DNA of 64,000 bases from an uncultured cyanobacterium (GCA_963710605.1 CAVQBA010000004.1:1024001-1088000), one strand, 5' to 3'. Shown: positions 38,923-50,372, counted from the first letter of the stretch. Notes: generated by a model not told the origin, from the letters alone. Made by a program: numbers and translations.

Positions 38923-41097
38923 CTAACTTTGAGAAAGCAAATTTTCTTTTTTCAAACTAAGTAATTTTTGCATCAACTCCAGCCATTGTTTTTCTTCTGC
39001 GGTAACTTTTTCATCAGCAAAAGCATTTTCTAACCATTGCTCATCTTCGGTTGTAATTGTCATCAGCGGAATTTGAGCTAGACGAGATAAATCCCAACGC
39101 CATAATTTAATTGTACAATCAGCACTGGCACTAACCAAAGTATTACCATTAGGGCTAAATTTGACCACAGAAATGCTTTTTTGATGTCCTGTTAAAGTAT
39201 TAACTAATTCACCATTACTCAAATTCCATAGTTTAACAATACCATCAGTACTTCCTGTTGCTAGTAACTGACTATCATGACTAATATCGATCGAAACGAT
39301 CGCACTATCATTATCTGTCAAATCATATTTTAGTTCGTTTTTTTGTAAACACCAAACTTTAACTGTTTTATCTTCACTGGCACTAACTAAGGTATTACCA
39401 TCAGTACTAATCTTTAAACACCATATCGGTTGTTGATGCCCTGTTAAAGTAGTAATTTCTTGACCATCAATTAATGACCATAACTTAATTTGAGCATCTT
39501 TTCCTGCACTAGCAACGATCGTATCATCGGGATTAATAACCAAATCCCAAATCCCTTTCGTATGACCTTTAAAAGTATATTTTTCCTCTCCATCAGGTAA
39601 AGTATAGACTCTCACCGTATTATCGTTACTACCACCTGCACTAATTAATAGATTTTCATCATGACTAATAATTAGCTTTTGTACTTCTCTTTGATGCCCT
39701 TCTAAAACTTGATCTAATGTGCCCGGAGGATATTTCCAGAGGCGAACTTCTCGATAACCAGCACTAGCAATCACTTTCAAATCATCCGTCATCGCTAATG
39801 ACCAAACAGAGGAATTATTCCGAGATAAATTAGCAATCAAATTACCTTCTGGTAAACGCCATAAACTAATTGTTTGATCACGACTACCACTGGCTAACAT
39901 CGAACCATCATTATTTAGACAAAGACTAGTAACCCCTTTTAAATGACCTTTAAAAGTATCAATCAAACTTCCTTGATCAAGACTCCAATAATTGATAACT
40001 TCGCCTCCTGCACTAAGTAAAACTTGGCTATCAGCACTTATTACTAAAGACTCGATCGATTGAGAATGTTCATCTAAAGTATGAAGTAAACGGACTAATT
40101 TACCTTGAGGTGGAGTTTTCTGAGAAACTTTTTTCCACAATTGATCAAATTCTCCTAGTTGCATTTTTAGCTCAGGATTTTTAATCACCATACGTTTAGT
40201 TTTAAGTTTACTAACTATTTTTTGTGACCAGATAAGAGGAAAATAAGGTAGTAATGACCAAACTAATTGCCAATGCTGTCCTTGGAAAAGAACTTGTAAA
40301 AAAGTCTCCCATTCGTCATCTTTAATCTGATTTAATCTTCTTCCTTCTTTACCACCAAAACGCATCCATAACCATTCTAGACGACGTAATTTTTGTCCAT
40401 GTTCATCGATTCTCGTTTGTAAATTTGATGAACCTGTATAATAAGTTTCTTCTAAAAGTTTGTATTCAGAATCTGTATTACGATACTCATCCCATTGCTG
40501 AGTTAGATAATAAAATAAAGCGGCTTGCTCTGGCTTTGTCGGAATATAACCATTTTTAGTCGCTACTTCTAATGCTGTTTGATTATTTTCTTCTGTTGCT
40601 AAACGACAAACTTCTGCTTGTAATTCCTCGGTATCAAAAGAAGCTGACCATTCATTAGCTGTGTTTTTAATCCAACTTTGTTCATCATCAAGATAAGACA
40701 AAAGAGGTTTGACTACACTAACACCTTTTTCGGTGATAATTCCTTGCCAATTTAAATTCAGAGCAGTTAAAACTCGCAAGTGAAGGGGACGAGAGGCAAC
40801 CCAACCTTTTAACTTGAGCAGTGTACTTAATTCTGAATCTCTTTTTTCTGCCCAAACCTGACATACAGCATTAATTAATTCTTTTTCCTGAATTTTTAAT
40901 TGGCTTAATGCAGTATAAATTTGTTTACCAAACTTAGAATTTTGATGAAAAACTAATGCCTCAGCGAGTATTTTGATAGTGGAGAAATCTTTGGTTTCAA
41001 TAAGTTCTTTAAAAGCTTGTTGTTTGATGCGATCGCCTAAAAAAGGAGTTTCATTGTATAGTTTCTCTTCTAGTTTTTTGAGCTTACCCTCGTCCAT
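38923..41097 (-). CDS. WD40-repeat protein with a helical N-terminal region
   Basis: About 8 GH...W repeats (GHLKGV, GHQREV, GHTKGI, GHQQPI, GHQKSI). Confidence 0.92.
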   Translation of the reverse strand: MDEGKLKKLEEKLYNETPFLGDRIKQQAFKELIETKDFSTIKILAEALVFHQNSKFGKQIYTALSQLKIQEKELINAVCQVWAEKRDSELSTLLKLKGWVASRPLHLRVLTALNLNWQGIITEKGVSVVKPLLSYLDDEQSWIKNTANEWSASFDTEELQAEVCRLATEENNQTALEVATKNGYIPTKPEQAALFYYLTQQWDEYRNTDSEYKLLEETYYTGSSNLQTRIDEHGQKLRRLEWLWMRFGGKEGRRLNQIKDDEWETFLQVLFQGQHWQLVWSLLPYFPLIWSQKIVSKLKTKRMVIKNPELKMQLGEFDQLWKKVSQKTPPQGKLVRLLHTLDEHSQSIESLVISADSQVLLSAGGEVINYWSLDQGSLIDTFKGHLKGVTSLCLNNDGSMLASGSRDQTISLWRLPEGNLIANLSRNNSSVWSLAMTDDLKVIASAGYREVRLWKYPPGTLDQVLEGHQREVQKLIISHDENLLISAGGSNDNTVRVYTLPDGEEKYTFKGHTKGIWDLVINPDDTIVASAGKDAQIKLWSLIDGQEITTLTGHQQPIWCLKISTDGNTLVSASEDKTVKVWCLQKNELKYDLTDNDSAIVSIDISHDSQLLATGSTDGIVKLWNLSNGELVNTLTGHQKSISVVKFSPNGNTLVSASADCTIKLWRWDLSRLAQIPLMTITTEDEQWLENAFADEKVTAEEKQWLELMQKLLSLKKENLLSQS

Positions 41098-41218
41098 ATT
41101 GATTAATAATTGGTAATTGGTAATTGATAATTGATAATTGCGATAGAAATTTATTTAAATAATAAGCATCTACAGTCATATAATAGCTACTCAGACAGAC
41201 TCATTGGTTATATTATAT

Positions 41219-41698
41219 TCAATTTTTTTTAATTAATAACACGACTGCATAAGCACAAATAGCTTCTTCTCTACCAACCGGGCCAAGTTTTTCATTGGTA
41301 GTAGCTTTAATACTAATTTGATCTGACTCAATAGTGAGTTTGTTTGCAATTGAATCGATCATCTTTGGTAAATGAGGTTTTAGTTTAGGGCGTTCGGCAA
41401 CTACTGTACTATCAATATTACCAATACTCCAACCTTTGTCGGTAATCAGATTATGAACTTGCTCCAATAACATCATACTATCTGCTCCTGCCCACTGAGG
41501 ATCAGTAGGAGGAAAATAATGACCGATATCACCTAAACTTAAAGCACCCAGCATGGCATCCATGATGGCGTGAGTTAAAACATCAGCATCACTATGACCG
41601 AGTAAACCTTTACTGTGTTCTATTTTTATCCCACCTAAAATCAAAGAACGATTTTCTACTAATTGGTGTAAATCATAACCGTTACCGATTCTAATCAT
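41219..41698 (-). CDS. ispF: 2-C-methyl-D-erythritol 2,4-cyclodiphosphate synthase
   Basis: [34 protein letters not shown]. Confidence 0.97.
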   Translation of the reverse strand: MIRIGNGYDLHQLVENRSLILGGIKIEHSKGLLGHSDADVLTHAIMDAMLGALSLGDIGHYFPPTDPQWAGADSMMLLEQVHNLITDKGWSIGNIDSTVVAERPKLKPHLPKMIDSIANKLTIESDQISIKATTNEKLGPVGREEAICAYAVVLLIKKN

Positions 41699-41969
41699 TA
41701 TTTTTATTTTATTGGTTGATTTGAAACAAGTCACCGATCGTTATTTTATCTTATTGGTTTACACTCCTCAATATCTAAAAGCAAATAATTATTGATGGAA
41801 AAGTAATTAACGATCGAGAGAAAAGTTAGTATCATAGAGTCATTATTAACAAAGAATTATCGAGTCACTAAGTAAGAATCAAGTAAAAAGTACTCATTAT
41901 TTACGATTCATTGCTATTATTTTTGTTTCTATATTTTTATTATTGCCGAAAAAATCAATTTGTATTATT

Positions 41970-42221
41970 GTGAACGACGAAAACAAGCCAGAAAAAGAAC
42001 AATATCTTTATCCTAAAAGCTCATATCGAGGAAAATTCACCCCGGAAAATTTGGTACTTAATGCTAATCTTCAAGAATTTACTCAAAAAATCAGCTATAT
42101 TTGTAATTTAGAAACCAACGGTAAAATATCTCCTCAAGAAGCATATCGACAAATTAAAGATTTGTGGAAAAATTTTCATAATAGTGCTAAAAATTTAGGT
42201 ATCAACGACGAACAAAAATAA
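41970..42221 (+). CDS. Conserved cyanobacterial small protein (DUF7219-like)
   Basis: YRGKFTPENLVLNANLQEF...LETNGKISPQEAY; GTG start assumed. Confidence 0.75.
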   Translation: MNDENKPEKEQYLYPKSSYRGKFTPENLVLNANLQEFTQKISYICNLETNGKISPQEAYRQIKDLWKNFHNSAKNLGINDEQK

Positions 42222-42256
42222 TCTACAATTCAAATTGTTATCCTAATAGTTAAATT

Positions 42257-43282
42257 ATGTCTCGTGCTAAATCATTACAGTCTTATATAATTGCTCGTTT
42301 ACTGCTCGCTCCTCTCATGTTATGGATGATCGTCACGATCGTTTTTTTGTTATTAAGAGCAACCCCCGGAGACCCTGCTGATGCTATTTTAGGGACAAGA
42401 GCTCCTGAATCCGCAAAACAAGCATTAAGAGAAGAATTAGGTTTAGATGCTCCTTTAATCGTGCAGTATGGTACTTATTTAGCTCAAGTATTAAGGTTCG
42501 ATTTAGGTTCTTCTTTAACTAGTCGAGGACAAAATGTTTGGGACGTAATACAACAATATTTCCCTGCCACTGTCGAATTAGCTTTAATCGGTATCCTAAT
42601 TGCATTAACCATTGGGATGACTGTAGGTATTATTTCGGCAATGAATCCGAATAGCGGTTGGGATTTGGGCGGACGACTTTTTGGGATTATTACTTATGCT
42701 TTACCTTTGTTTTGGGTAGGTATGATTATGCAATTAATTTTTTCTGTGCAACTGAGGTGGTTTCCTTTAGGTACACGTTTTCCTGTGGGGATAGAAACAC
42801 CAAATACTATTACAGGTTTGTACACGATCGATAGTTTATTAACTTTTAATCTACCCCAGTTTTTTACTTCTGTCTATTATCTGACATTACCTTGTTTTAC
42901 TTTAGGGTTATTATTGAGTGGTATTTTTGAGCGGATTGTGCGAGTTAATTTGAGGATGACATTACAATCAGAATATGTCGAAGCCGCCAGAGCGAGGGGT
43001 ATTCAAGAAAGAAAAATTTTGTTTTCTCATGCTTTAAAAAATGCGATGATTCCTGTTATTACGGTGATGGGTTTAACTTTTGCCGCCTTATTAGGAGGTG
43101 CTGTTTTAACTGAGGTGACTTTTTCTTGGCCGGGTTTAGGTAATCGTTTGTATGAAGCGATTTCGTTACGTGATTATCCGACTGTACAAGGTATTATGGT
43201 CTTTTTTGGTTCGATCGTTGTTTTTGCTAGTATTTTGATTGATATCATTAATGCTTTAATCGATCCTAGAATACGCTACTAA
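42257..43282 (+). CDS. Peptide/nickel ABC transporter permease (DppB/OppB family)
   Basis: PGDPA, DLGSSL, EYVEAARARG, HALKNA, TFSWPGLG, DPRIRY. Confidence 0.93.
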   Translation: MSRAKSLQSYIIARLLLAPLMLWMIVTIVFLLLRATPGDPADAILGTRAPESAKQALREELGLDAPLIVQYGTYLAQVLRFDLGSSLTSRGQNVWDVIQQYFPATVELALIGILIALTIGMTVGIISAMNPNSGWDLGGRLFGIITYALPLFWVGMIMQLIFSVQLRWFPLGTRFPVGIETPNTITGLYTIDSLLTFNLPQFFTSVYYLTLPCFTLGLLLSGIFERIVRVNLRMTLQSEYVEAARARGIQERKILFSHALKNAMIPVITVMGLTFAALLGGAVLTEVTFSWPGLGNRLYEAISLRDYPTVQGIMVFFGSIVVFASILIDIINALIDPRIRY

Positions 43283-43394
43283 TCAATTGAGAATAAATAA
43301 TTAAACTACCTATTTACTCTAGAGACTATTATCTATTCGATCGTTTTGTTGGTTGTATAATTAAATTAATCATACTTATATAAACTTTAGAGTA

Positions 43395-44060
43395 ATGAAA
43401 AAAAAATCCTTGTCTTGGTTGTTAAAAACTGTTGGTTACTTAGAAGTTAGTCTTTTAACAGCAGTAACGATCGTAATTTCTAGTGAAGCAGTTATGGCAA
43501 AACCTCTTTGCTACTTAGTCGATGCTTATGGGCGTAGTATTAACCTTAGTTATATCTGTGCTATCAAACCTAATAATAACGCTAACTCTCAATCTTCATC
43601 ACCATCAACAAACTCTAATTCAAATCAAAATTCTACACAAACGACTCCAAATAACTCTCCGCAATCTTCCCCGAATAACAATGTCAACGTAAATAACCAA
43701 AATCTGAATAATCAAAACGTTGGTAACCAAAACCTCAATAACCAAAATAATAACAGCAACCCGAATGTCGATAATCGAAATATTGATAACCAGAATAACA
43801 ATTATCAAAATGTAGATAATCAAAATAATAATTATCAAAATGTAGATAATCAAAATAATAACAATCAAAACGTTGACAATCCGAATATTGATAATTCTAG
43901 TATTGATAACAATAGTCAGAATAACCGAAATGTTAATAATACTAATATGAATAATCAAAATATGAATAATCAAAATATGAATAATCAAAATATGAATAAT
44001 CAAAATATGAATAATAACCAGCGACAACCTACTAGACAGGTTCCTATTTTACCTAGATAA
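43395..44060 (+). CDS. Secreted Asn/Gln-rich low-complexity repeat protein
   Basis: Signal-like N-terminus, CYLVDAYGRSINLSYIC, then NNQNx pentapeptide repeats encoded by 15- and 30-bp tandem units. Confidence 0.8.
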   Translation: MKKKSLSWLLKTVGYLEVSLLTAVTIVISSEAVMAKPLCYLVDAYGRSINLSYICAIKPNNNANSQSSSPSTNSNSNQNSTQTTPNNSPQSSPNNNVNVNNQNLNNQNVGNQNLNNQNNNSNPNVDNRNIDNQNNNYQNVDNQNNNYQNVDNQNNNNQNVDNPNIDNSSIDNNSQNNRNVNNTNMNNQNMNNQNMNNQNMNNQNMNNNQRQPTRQVPILPR

Positions 44061-44154
44061 GTTATTGATTTAATTATTAATTAATGACAGATTCTTTCAA
44101 TTATCAACTATTAATTTTACTACCTAATTATTATTTAAATTAAAAAATAAAATA

Positions 44155-44799
44155 TTGCTTAATCTGCCTAATTCTATATCTTTTGTTATTCAAAATAATG
44201 CGGTTGATAATTTACCAAGTTTACTAACTTCTTTAACCGAACAAAAACAAACTTTAAATTGTCAAATAAACTCGATCGTTTTATCATCAGAAAAATTCGT
44301 AAAACAAGATAATTTTTTAACAAATATAGTCGATAAATTACAATCTATTATTAATAATAAAATAGGCTTATTTAATAATGAAAATAATGTAACTTATGCA
44401 GATTATCAAGATTTAAAAGCCATGATCAAAAGCGATCTTACTATTTTTATTCAAACTAAGTATCTTCCTCAACAACTGTGGTTAAAATCGATCGTTTCTG
44501 AATTTACTAATCCTGATGTAAACATTGTCGCAGGTAATGTAATCGAAGCAAACGATCGTGGTGAGACAATAGCTAACAATATGTTCGATAATTTATGCTT
44601 AGATACTCCTCAACAATATCTACAAGCATGGCAAAAACAGACGGCTAATTTAGCAGTAAGAACAGAATTTCTACACAAACTAAATAACTACAATTTAGTA
44701 ACCAATAATCAAAATCGTAATGCTTGTTTTTGTCGTATCTTAAGAGAATTAGAAAGCGAAATAGTTTATAATCCTAACGCTAAGGTGGTCATAAATTAA
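44155..44799 (+). CDS. Degenerate GT2 glycosyltransferase-like protein
   Basis: NLPSLLTSLTEQ, FTNPDVNIVAG and QTANLAVR resemble GT2, but there is no DxD motif. Confidence 0.5.
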   Translation: MLNLPNSISFVIQNNAVDNLPSLLTSLTEQKQTLNCQINSIVLSSEKFVKQDNFLTNIVDKLQSIINNKIGLFNNENNVTYADYQDLKAMIKSDLTIFIQTKYLPQQLWLKSIVSEFTNPDVNIVAGNVIEANDRGETIANNMFDNLCLDTPQQYLQAWQKQTANLAVRTEFLHKLNNYNLVTNNQNRNACFCRILRELESEIVYNPNAKVVIN

Positions 44800-44830
44800 T
44801 TCTCAATTCTCAATTCTCAATTCTCAATTC

Positions 44831-46033
44831 TCAATTCTTAGATGTGCTTCGCCAACTCAATTTAAGATTAATCCAATAATTCCAAATAGTAACAATCGCA
44901 ATAGCTAACAAATTAGCGAAATAACGATTAAAATCAAAAAGATTAAAGCAAATATTTAACAACACAACATTCATAATTAAGCCAGCCAAACAAACTAAAT
45001 TAAACTTGATTAATCGTTTTAACTTTTGTTTTTTACTCGGTTGCTTTTTCGCAATATCTCCAAAAGTCCAAATGTCATTCCAGAGAAAATTGTTGATAAT
45101 AGCAAATTCAGCCGCCATGATTTTACTACGAGTTAAAGGTAAAGCCAAAGTAGAAGGATCGCTTAGAAGATATAAAATAGTCATATCCACAAATACACCA
45201 CTCAAACCCACCAAACCAAAACGAATAAATCGACCAAATTCGCCGACAGACAGACGTAAACGAATCAAATGACGAATATATTCCCAATAATGTTGAATAG
45301 TTACCTTACTTTTACCACCTTTTCTTTCCTGAAAAACATAACCCACTTCACCAATCCAAGCAATTTTTCCCTTAGCTAAAACCTCAATCAAAATTTTGTA
45401 GCCTAAAGGATTGAGTCTAGATTCAGTTAAACAACGACGACGGACGAAAAAATAACCACTCATTGGATCGGATATTTTGCCAACAATACCGGGTAAAATA
45501 ATTAAACCCAGAATTTGTGCACCACGAGAGAAAAAACGACGAAAAATACTCCATTCACTTACTCCACCACCATCAACATTACGACTAGCGACAGCTAAAT
45601 CAGCACCTCTTTCTATTTCACGCCATAAGCCTTTTAAAGTTTCAGGAGGATGTTGTAAATCCGCATCAATTACCCCCAATACTTCGCCGTGAGATGTTTG
45701 CCAACCACGGATAACGGCTGTGGATAAACCTTTTTCTTGTTGACGATGAACAACTTTAAGTTGAGGATAAACGACTGTCAAATCTTGAGCTATTTTTCCT
45801 GTAAAATCTGGACTGTTGTCATCAACAATAATTAATTCATATTGCTGAGGTATTAATGAATTGAGAATTTGAGTTAGTTGAGCGATTAGGGTAGTAATAT
45901 TTTCGGCTTCATTATATGTAGGAATAACTAAGGATAATTTAATCGTCTGTTTTTCGGCTTTGGTGCTAGAGTCAATTAACAATGGTGATGGTTTCTGTTT
46001 GAGATATAAATTACGACATATAATTATAGCCAA
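44831..46033 (-). CDS. GT2 (polyprenol-phosphate mannose synthase-like) glycosyltransferase fused to GtrA
   Basis: VIPTYNE, VDDNSPD, IDADLQHPPE, DPMSGYF, RFGLVG GtrA domain; start uncertain. Confidence 0.9.
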   Translation of the reverse strand: MAIIICRNLYLKQKPSPLLIDSSTKAEKQTIKLSLVIPTYNEAENITTLIAQLTQILNSLIPQQYELIIVDDNSPDFTGKIAQDLTVVYPQLKVVHRQQEKGLSTAVIRGWQTSHGEVLGVIDADLQHPPETLKGLWREIERGADLAVASRNVDGGGVSEWSIFRRFFSRGAQILGLIILPGIVGKISDPMSGYFFVRRRCLTESRLNPLGYKILIEVLAKGKIAWIGEVGYVFQERKGGKSKVTIQHYWEYIRHLIRLRLSVGEFGRFIRFGLVGLSGVFVDMTILYLLSDPSTLALPLTRSKIMAAEFAIINNFLWNDIWTFGDIAKKQPSKKQKLKRLIKFNLVCLAGLIMNVVLLNICFNLFDFNRYFANLLAIAIVTIWNYWINLKLSWRSTSKN

Positions 46034-46408
46034 ATAAATCGATCGATAACCAAATCAATCCGAATACCTATTCTGTTTTTGGTATTGATTAAATATATTA
46101 GCAAACCCAGAGTCTTTGTTTTTGGTAAATAAATATTCTGACGAATACAAACAATCAAAGATAACAGTAAAATAAACATCGCTTATTTTCAAATTTCTCC
46201 TCCTCAAAAATTTGTGAGTTAAAACTAGTAAGTCTCTGTCTTTCCCTCTTTCCCCCTTTCTCTTTTTCTGTAAGTTATCAGCGTTCTCGGTGGTTGTTTA
46301 ATCAAGCAAAAATAACTCAAAAAAACGATTTTTAAATTGAATAATTGAAGGATTCAAACAAGTAGCGAAAACCTCAAAAAAGTGATATGCTAGTAGGGTT
46401 GTCAAAAA

Positions 46409-46482
46409 TCGCACATCTGAGCGATCGTCGGGTGTTTCTTGTACTCAAGAAATAAAACTGACTCAGATGGAGGATTAACCCG
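46409..46482 (+). promoter_or_regulatory. rpsB 5' leader (S2 autoregulatory RNA-like)
   Basis: CGCACATCTGAG...GGGTG...CTCAGATGGAGGATTAACCCG: stem CATCTGAG/CTCAGATG plus GGGT/ACCC pseudoknot-like pairing upstream of rpsB. Confidence 0.7.
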
Positions 46483-46500
46483 AAAAAAGGAGAAAAATTC

Positions 46501-47358
46501 ATGCCAGTAGTTAGCTTAAAAGAGCTGTTAGATTCTGGTGTCCACTTTGGGCATCAAACACGCCGTTGGAATCCAAAAATGGATCCTTATATCTACACAG
46601 CTAGAAATGGGGTTCATATTATTGATTTAGTGCAAACTGCACAATTGCTTGACGAAGCATTCGATTACTTGAAAAAAGCCGCTGAAAACGGTAAAAAAGT
46701 ATTGTTTGTCGGAACAAAACGTCAAGCCGCCGCTATTATTGCCGCTGAAGCCGCTCGTTGTGGTGGTTTTTATATCAACCAACGTTGGTTAGGTGGAATG
46801 CTCACTAACTGGGAAACTATTAAATCTCGTGTTAGTAGATTAAAAGAATTAGAAGAATTAGAAGATAGCGGTGCTTTAGATAGAAGACCAAAAAAAGAAG
46901 CTTCTGTCCTACGTCGTGAATTAAATAAATTACAGAAATATCTCGGCGGTATCAAAGATATGCGTCGCATACCAGATATTGTGGTAATTATTGATATTCG
47001 TCGTGAACACAACGCAATTAAAGAATGTGAAAAACTTAATTTGCCTGTAATCTCGATGTTGGATACTAATTGTAATCCTGATGTAGTTGATTATCCGATT
47101 CCTGCTAACGATGATGCTATTCGATTGATTAAATTAATTATCGGTAAACTAGCTGATGCAATTTATGAAGGTCGTTATGGTAAAGCCGCGGCAGAAGGAA
47201 CGATTGACGAATTAGAACAACAACTAGAACAATCTCTAGCTAATTACGACGAATCTCAAGCTAATTACGACGACGACGAACCTCAAACAGAAGATGACGA
47301 GAATGAGGCAGTTGTAGTAGCAGAAGAAGAAGAAAATACCCAATCAGAAGAAGAGTAA
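46501..47358 (+). CDS. rpsB: 30S ribosomal protein S2
   Basis: [33 protein letters not shown]; acidic tail. Confidence 0.98.
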   Translation: MPVVSLKELLDSGVHFGHQTRRWNPKMDPYIYTARNGVHIIDLVQTAQLLDEAFDYLKKAAENGKKVLFVGTKRQAAAIIAAEAARCGGFYINQRWLGGMLTNWETIKSRVSRLKELEELEDSGALDRRPKKEASVLRRELNKLQKYLGGIKDMRRIPDIVVIIDIRREHNAIKECEKLNLPVISMLDTNCNPDVVDYPIPANDDAIRLIKLIIGKLADAIYEGRYGKAAAEGTIDELEQQLEQSLANYDESQANYDDDEPQTEDDENEAVVVAEEEENTQSEEE

Positions 47359-47670
47359 TTATATTTTGGGTTTTACTGACCTAAAGTAATCTCAATAACT
47401 CTCAATTTTCTGAGCTTAGGAACAGATAATTTAACGACTAATAAATAATTAATAAGTACAAACTTAAATACTAGTTAATTGTGAATTAGTGATAGTGAAT
47501 TATTTTGTTCCTAAAAATTTTGAGAAAGTGAAAATTTTGCTCTTAACAGATAACTTTTTCAGTTAAATTTGAAATCAAGTTAATATTGTTGAATTCGTAA
47601 TTCGATTCAATCAGCTTCAATTCATGTCATCATAATTGAGGATAAATTTTATCAAACTAAAATAAATATC

Positions 47671-48330
47671 ATGGGAACTATATCGGCGAAATTAGTCAAA
47701 GAATTAAGAGATAAAACTAATGCTGGGATGATGGATTGTAAAAAAGCCCTAGCAGAAAACGATGGCGACATGACTAAAGCCACAGAATGGTTACGTAAAA
47801 AAGGAATTGCTTCTGCTGATAAAAAATCAGGTAGAGTAGCGGCTGAAGGTATTGTTGAAAGCTATATTCACACAGGCGGACGTATTGGTGTTTTAGTTGA
47901 AGTTAACTGCGAAACAGATTTTGTTGCTCGTAGAGAAGATTTCCAAGACTTAGCTAAGAATATTGCGATGCAAATTGCGGCTTGCCCTAATGTCGAATTT
48001 ATTAAAATTAGCGATATTGATCCCCAAGTTATCGAAAAAGAAAAACAAATTGAAATGGGTAGAGAAGATTTAGCTAACAAACCTGAAAATATTCGTGAAA
48101 AAATTGTTGAAGGTAGAGTACAAAAACGTTTAGGTGAAATGTGCTTGTTAAGTCAACCTTATATTCGTGAGCAAGGTATGACAGTAGAAGAGCTAATTAT
48201 TCAACAAGTTGCTAAAGTTGGTGAGAATATTCAAGTTCGTCGTTTTACTCGTTTTATTTTAGGCGATGGAATTGAAAAAGAATAAACTAATTTTGCGGAT
48301 GAAGTAGCGGCACAAACCGGCGTACAGTAA
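47671..48330 (+). CDS. tsf: Elongation factor Ts (in-frame TAA at 48283-48285, probably an error for GAA)
   Basis: [29 protein letters not shown]; the conserved tail [10 protein letters not shown] continues in frame after the TAA. Confidence 0.95.
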
Positions 48331-48605
48331 CGTTTATTAAGACAAATAGTTAATAATTATTAGTCAATATAATTAATTATAAATAGTTAGTTGATCTAAT
48401 TTTTATTGGCTATTTCTTAAACTAACAAAACTATAAATTTGGTTTAATATCTAATTAAAGAAGAACAATTATTTATGACTAAATATCAATTGTTGAGTAT
48501 CTAGTGATTTTTTTCAACTATTGATAATCTAATGCGTGTTTTGGTTAATAGTTAATTTGACATTATCAAGAGCAAACGCTAGTAAACTATAATGCGATCG
48601 CTAAA

Positions 48606-49529
48606 ATGACTAAATCGATTAAGCAAATAGATAAGAATTTAAAGGCTTTAAATATTCAAGTACAAGATTTAGCCAAAATTTTAGAGGGTTTAAATCGAGA
48701 TTATTTACGTTACTTAATTACAGTTGTCAAAAAACAATTAATGGTTGCGAGTTATCAAATTTGTACCCAGAAATACCCTGAAAGTTTTTTAAATTTAAGT
48801 TATTCTCAAAGAACAAAGTTACAAGAAAAAATCAAAGATTTAGCAGGTAACTTTTCAAAGAAATTAACTGAAGATTGGCAAAAAATAGATGATTTGTCTG
48901 ATAATCCAATTGTACAACAGCTACATCAAAATATTTTAACGATTGTCTCATCTTCAGAAAAAAAGCAAAACCTGACACAGACGATAACATCAGCCGATGG
49001 TAGTAATGATATTCAGCCCACAGCCGAAGAAGAAAACGTAACTTCTCCAGTTAATTTTGCTCAAGACGACATTGATGAGTTACAACCAGAATATTTAATT
49101 GAATTACAAATAGAATTTGATAATTGTTTAGAACAAGGTTTAATTGATTTGTCTAATAGTGTGAATCAATCTTTGCAAGAAGCAGAAATTATTTCTAACA
49201 AAATTCCTAACCAGATTTTAGCGATTGCATTACAAGCCGAAGATAATACTTCTATTGTAAGTGGTTCTCCTAATTTAGTTAGTATTTTAATTGAAAAAGA
49301 TACCCCATCTGAACAAGAGCAAATTGATATTACTCCAGTCATCGCTGTTTGCTTAAGAATAAATGATTCTGAATTTCATGATCCAAAATTAAATTTGCTC
49401 AAACAAAAAATCAATAAAGTTCTCGCTCAACTTAATTCTTTTGCTCAGAGGTATCAAGAGTTACAACAAAAATATACGATCGCTCAAGCAGAATCAGCAT
49501 GGCGTACAAGTTGGTATGAAGAAGAATAG
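48606..49529 (+). CDS. Conserved cyanobacterial hypothetical coiled-coil protein
   Basis: ASYQICTQKYPESFL, C-terminal AESAWRTSWYEE. Confidence 0.75.
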   Translation: MTKSIKQIDKNLKALNIQVQDLAKILEGLNRDYLRYLITVVKKQLMVASYQICTQKYPESFLNLSYSQRTKLQEKIKDLAGNFSKKLTEDWQKIDDLSDNPIVQQLHQNILTIVSSSEKKQNLTQTITSADGSNDIQPTAEEENVTSPVNFAQDDIDELQPEYLIELQIEFDNCLEQGLIDLSNSVNQSLQEAEIISNKIPNQILAIALQAEDNTSIVSGSPNLVSILIEKDTPSEQEQIDITPVIAVCLRINDSEFHDPKLNLLKQKINKVLAQLNSFAQRYQELQQKYTIAQAESAWRTSWYEEE

Positions 49530-49550
49530 AATAATCAATTTATTATAATC

Positions 49551-50153
49551 ATGGATAAGTCGCAAAAAATAGTTCCTCAATTGCTGATTGGTTTAGGAAA
49601 CCCCGAAGCAAAATATGATAATACTAGACATAATATCGGATTTGAAGTTTTAGATTATCTCGCCGACAAATGGGGATTTAGTTGGCAAAAAAATACTAAG
49701 TTTAATGCTTTATTCACTGAAGGTATTGCTCCTAATCGACGTAAAATTAGATTAGTTAAACCTTTAACTTACATGAATAATTCAGGGCAGTCGGTAAGAG
49801 CGGTTTTAAACTGGTATAAGTTAGAGGCAGATGATTTACTGGTGATTTATGATGATATGGATTTGCCCTTTGGTAGATTAAGATTAAGATTATCAGGCTC
49901 AGCAGGTGGGCATAACGGGATGAAATCGATTATTAGTCATGTAGGCGGACAAAATTTTCCTCGTTTGCGTTTAGGTATTGGTAAATCTGGAGGTAAAAAA
50001 TCTACAGTAGGTCATGTTTTAGGTAAGTTTTCATCAGCGGAAACAAAAGCGTTGAATGAGTTGATGAAGCTAACCCAAGAAACAATCAACATGAGTTTAT
50101 CTGATGGTGTGGAAAAGGCAATGAGTCTTTATAACCAAAAATCGATCGTTTAA
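49551..50153 (+). CDS. pth: Peptidyl-tRNA hydrolase
   Basis: GLGNPEAKYDNTRHNIGF, KPLTYMNNSG, GSAGGHNG. Confidence 0.98.
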   Translation: MDKSQKIVPQLLIGLGNPEAKYDNTRHNIGFEVLDYLADKWGFSWQKNTKFNALFTEGIAPNRRKIRLVKPLTYMNNSGQSVRAVLNWYKLEADDLLVIYDDMDLPFGRLRLRLSGSAGGHNGMKSIISHVGGQNFPRLRLGIGKSGGKKSTVGHVLGKFSSAETKALNELMKLTQETINMSLSDGVEKAMSLYNQKSIV

Positions 50154-50186
50154 GCTATTATTTAATACCAAATTTAAAATATGAAA

Positions 50187-50368
50187 ATCCCCCTCTATCC
50201 CCCTCTATCCCCCTTTGAAAGGGGGGAGGAAGTGCGGATGCTTCGCTTTTGCTTTTGGGGACTTGTTGAAAATAACTGTTCCAAATTTTATTGGAATTAG
50301 TATTATTACTCATTACTTCTTACTCATTACTTCTTACTCCTTACTCCTTACTCCTTACTCCTTACTTC
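50187..50368. repeat. G/C hairpin dispersed repeat followed by (TTACTYM)n heptamer array
   Basis: (ATCCCCCTCT)x2-ATCCCCCTTTGAAAGGGGGG...GATGCTTCGCTTTT...GGGGACTTG; heptamers at 50306-50368. Confidence 0.8.
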
Positions 50369-50372
50369 AATT

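Noticed and set aside
43620-44027. Ile-rich 135-aa ORF on the minus strand
   Set aside because: Antisense shadow of the Asn-rich repeat gene.
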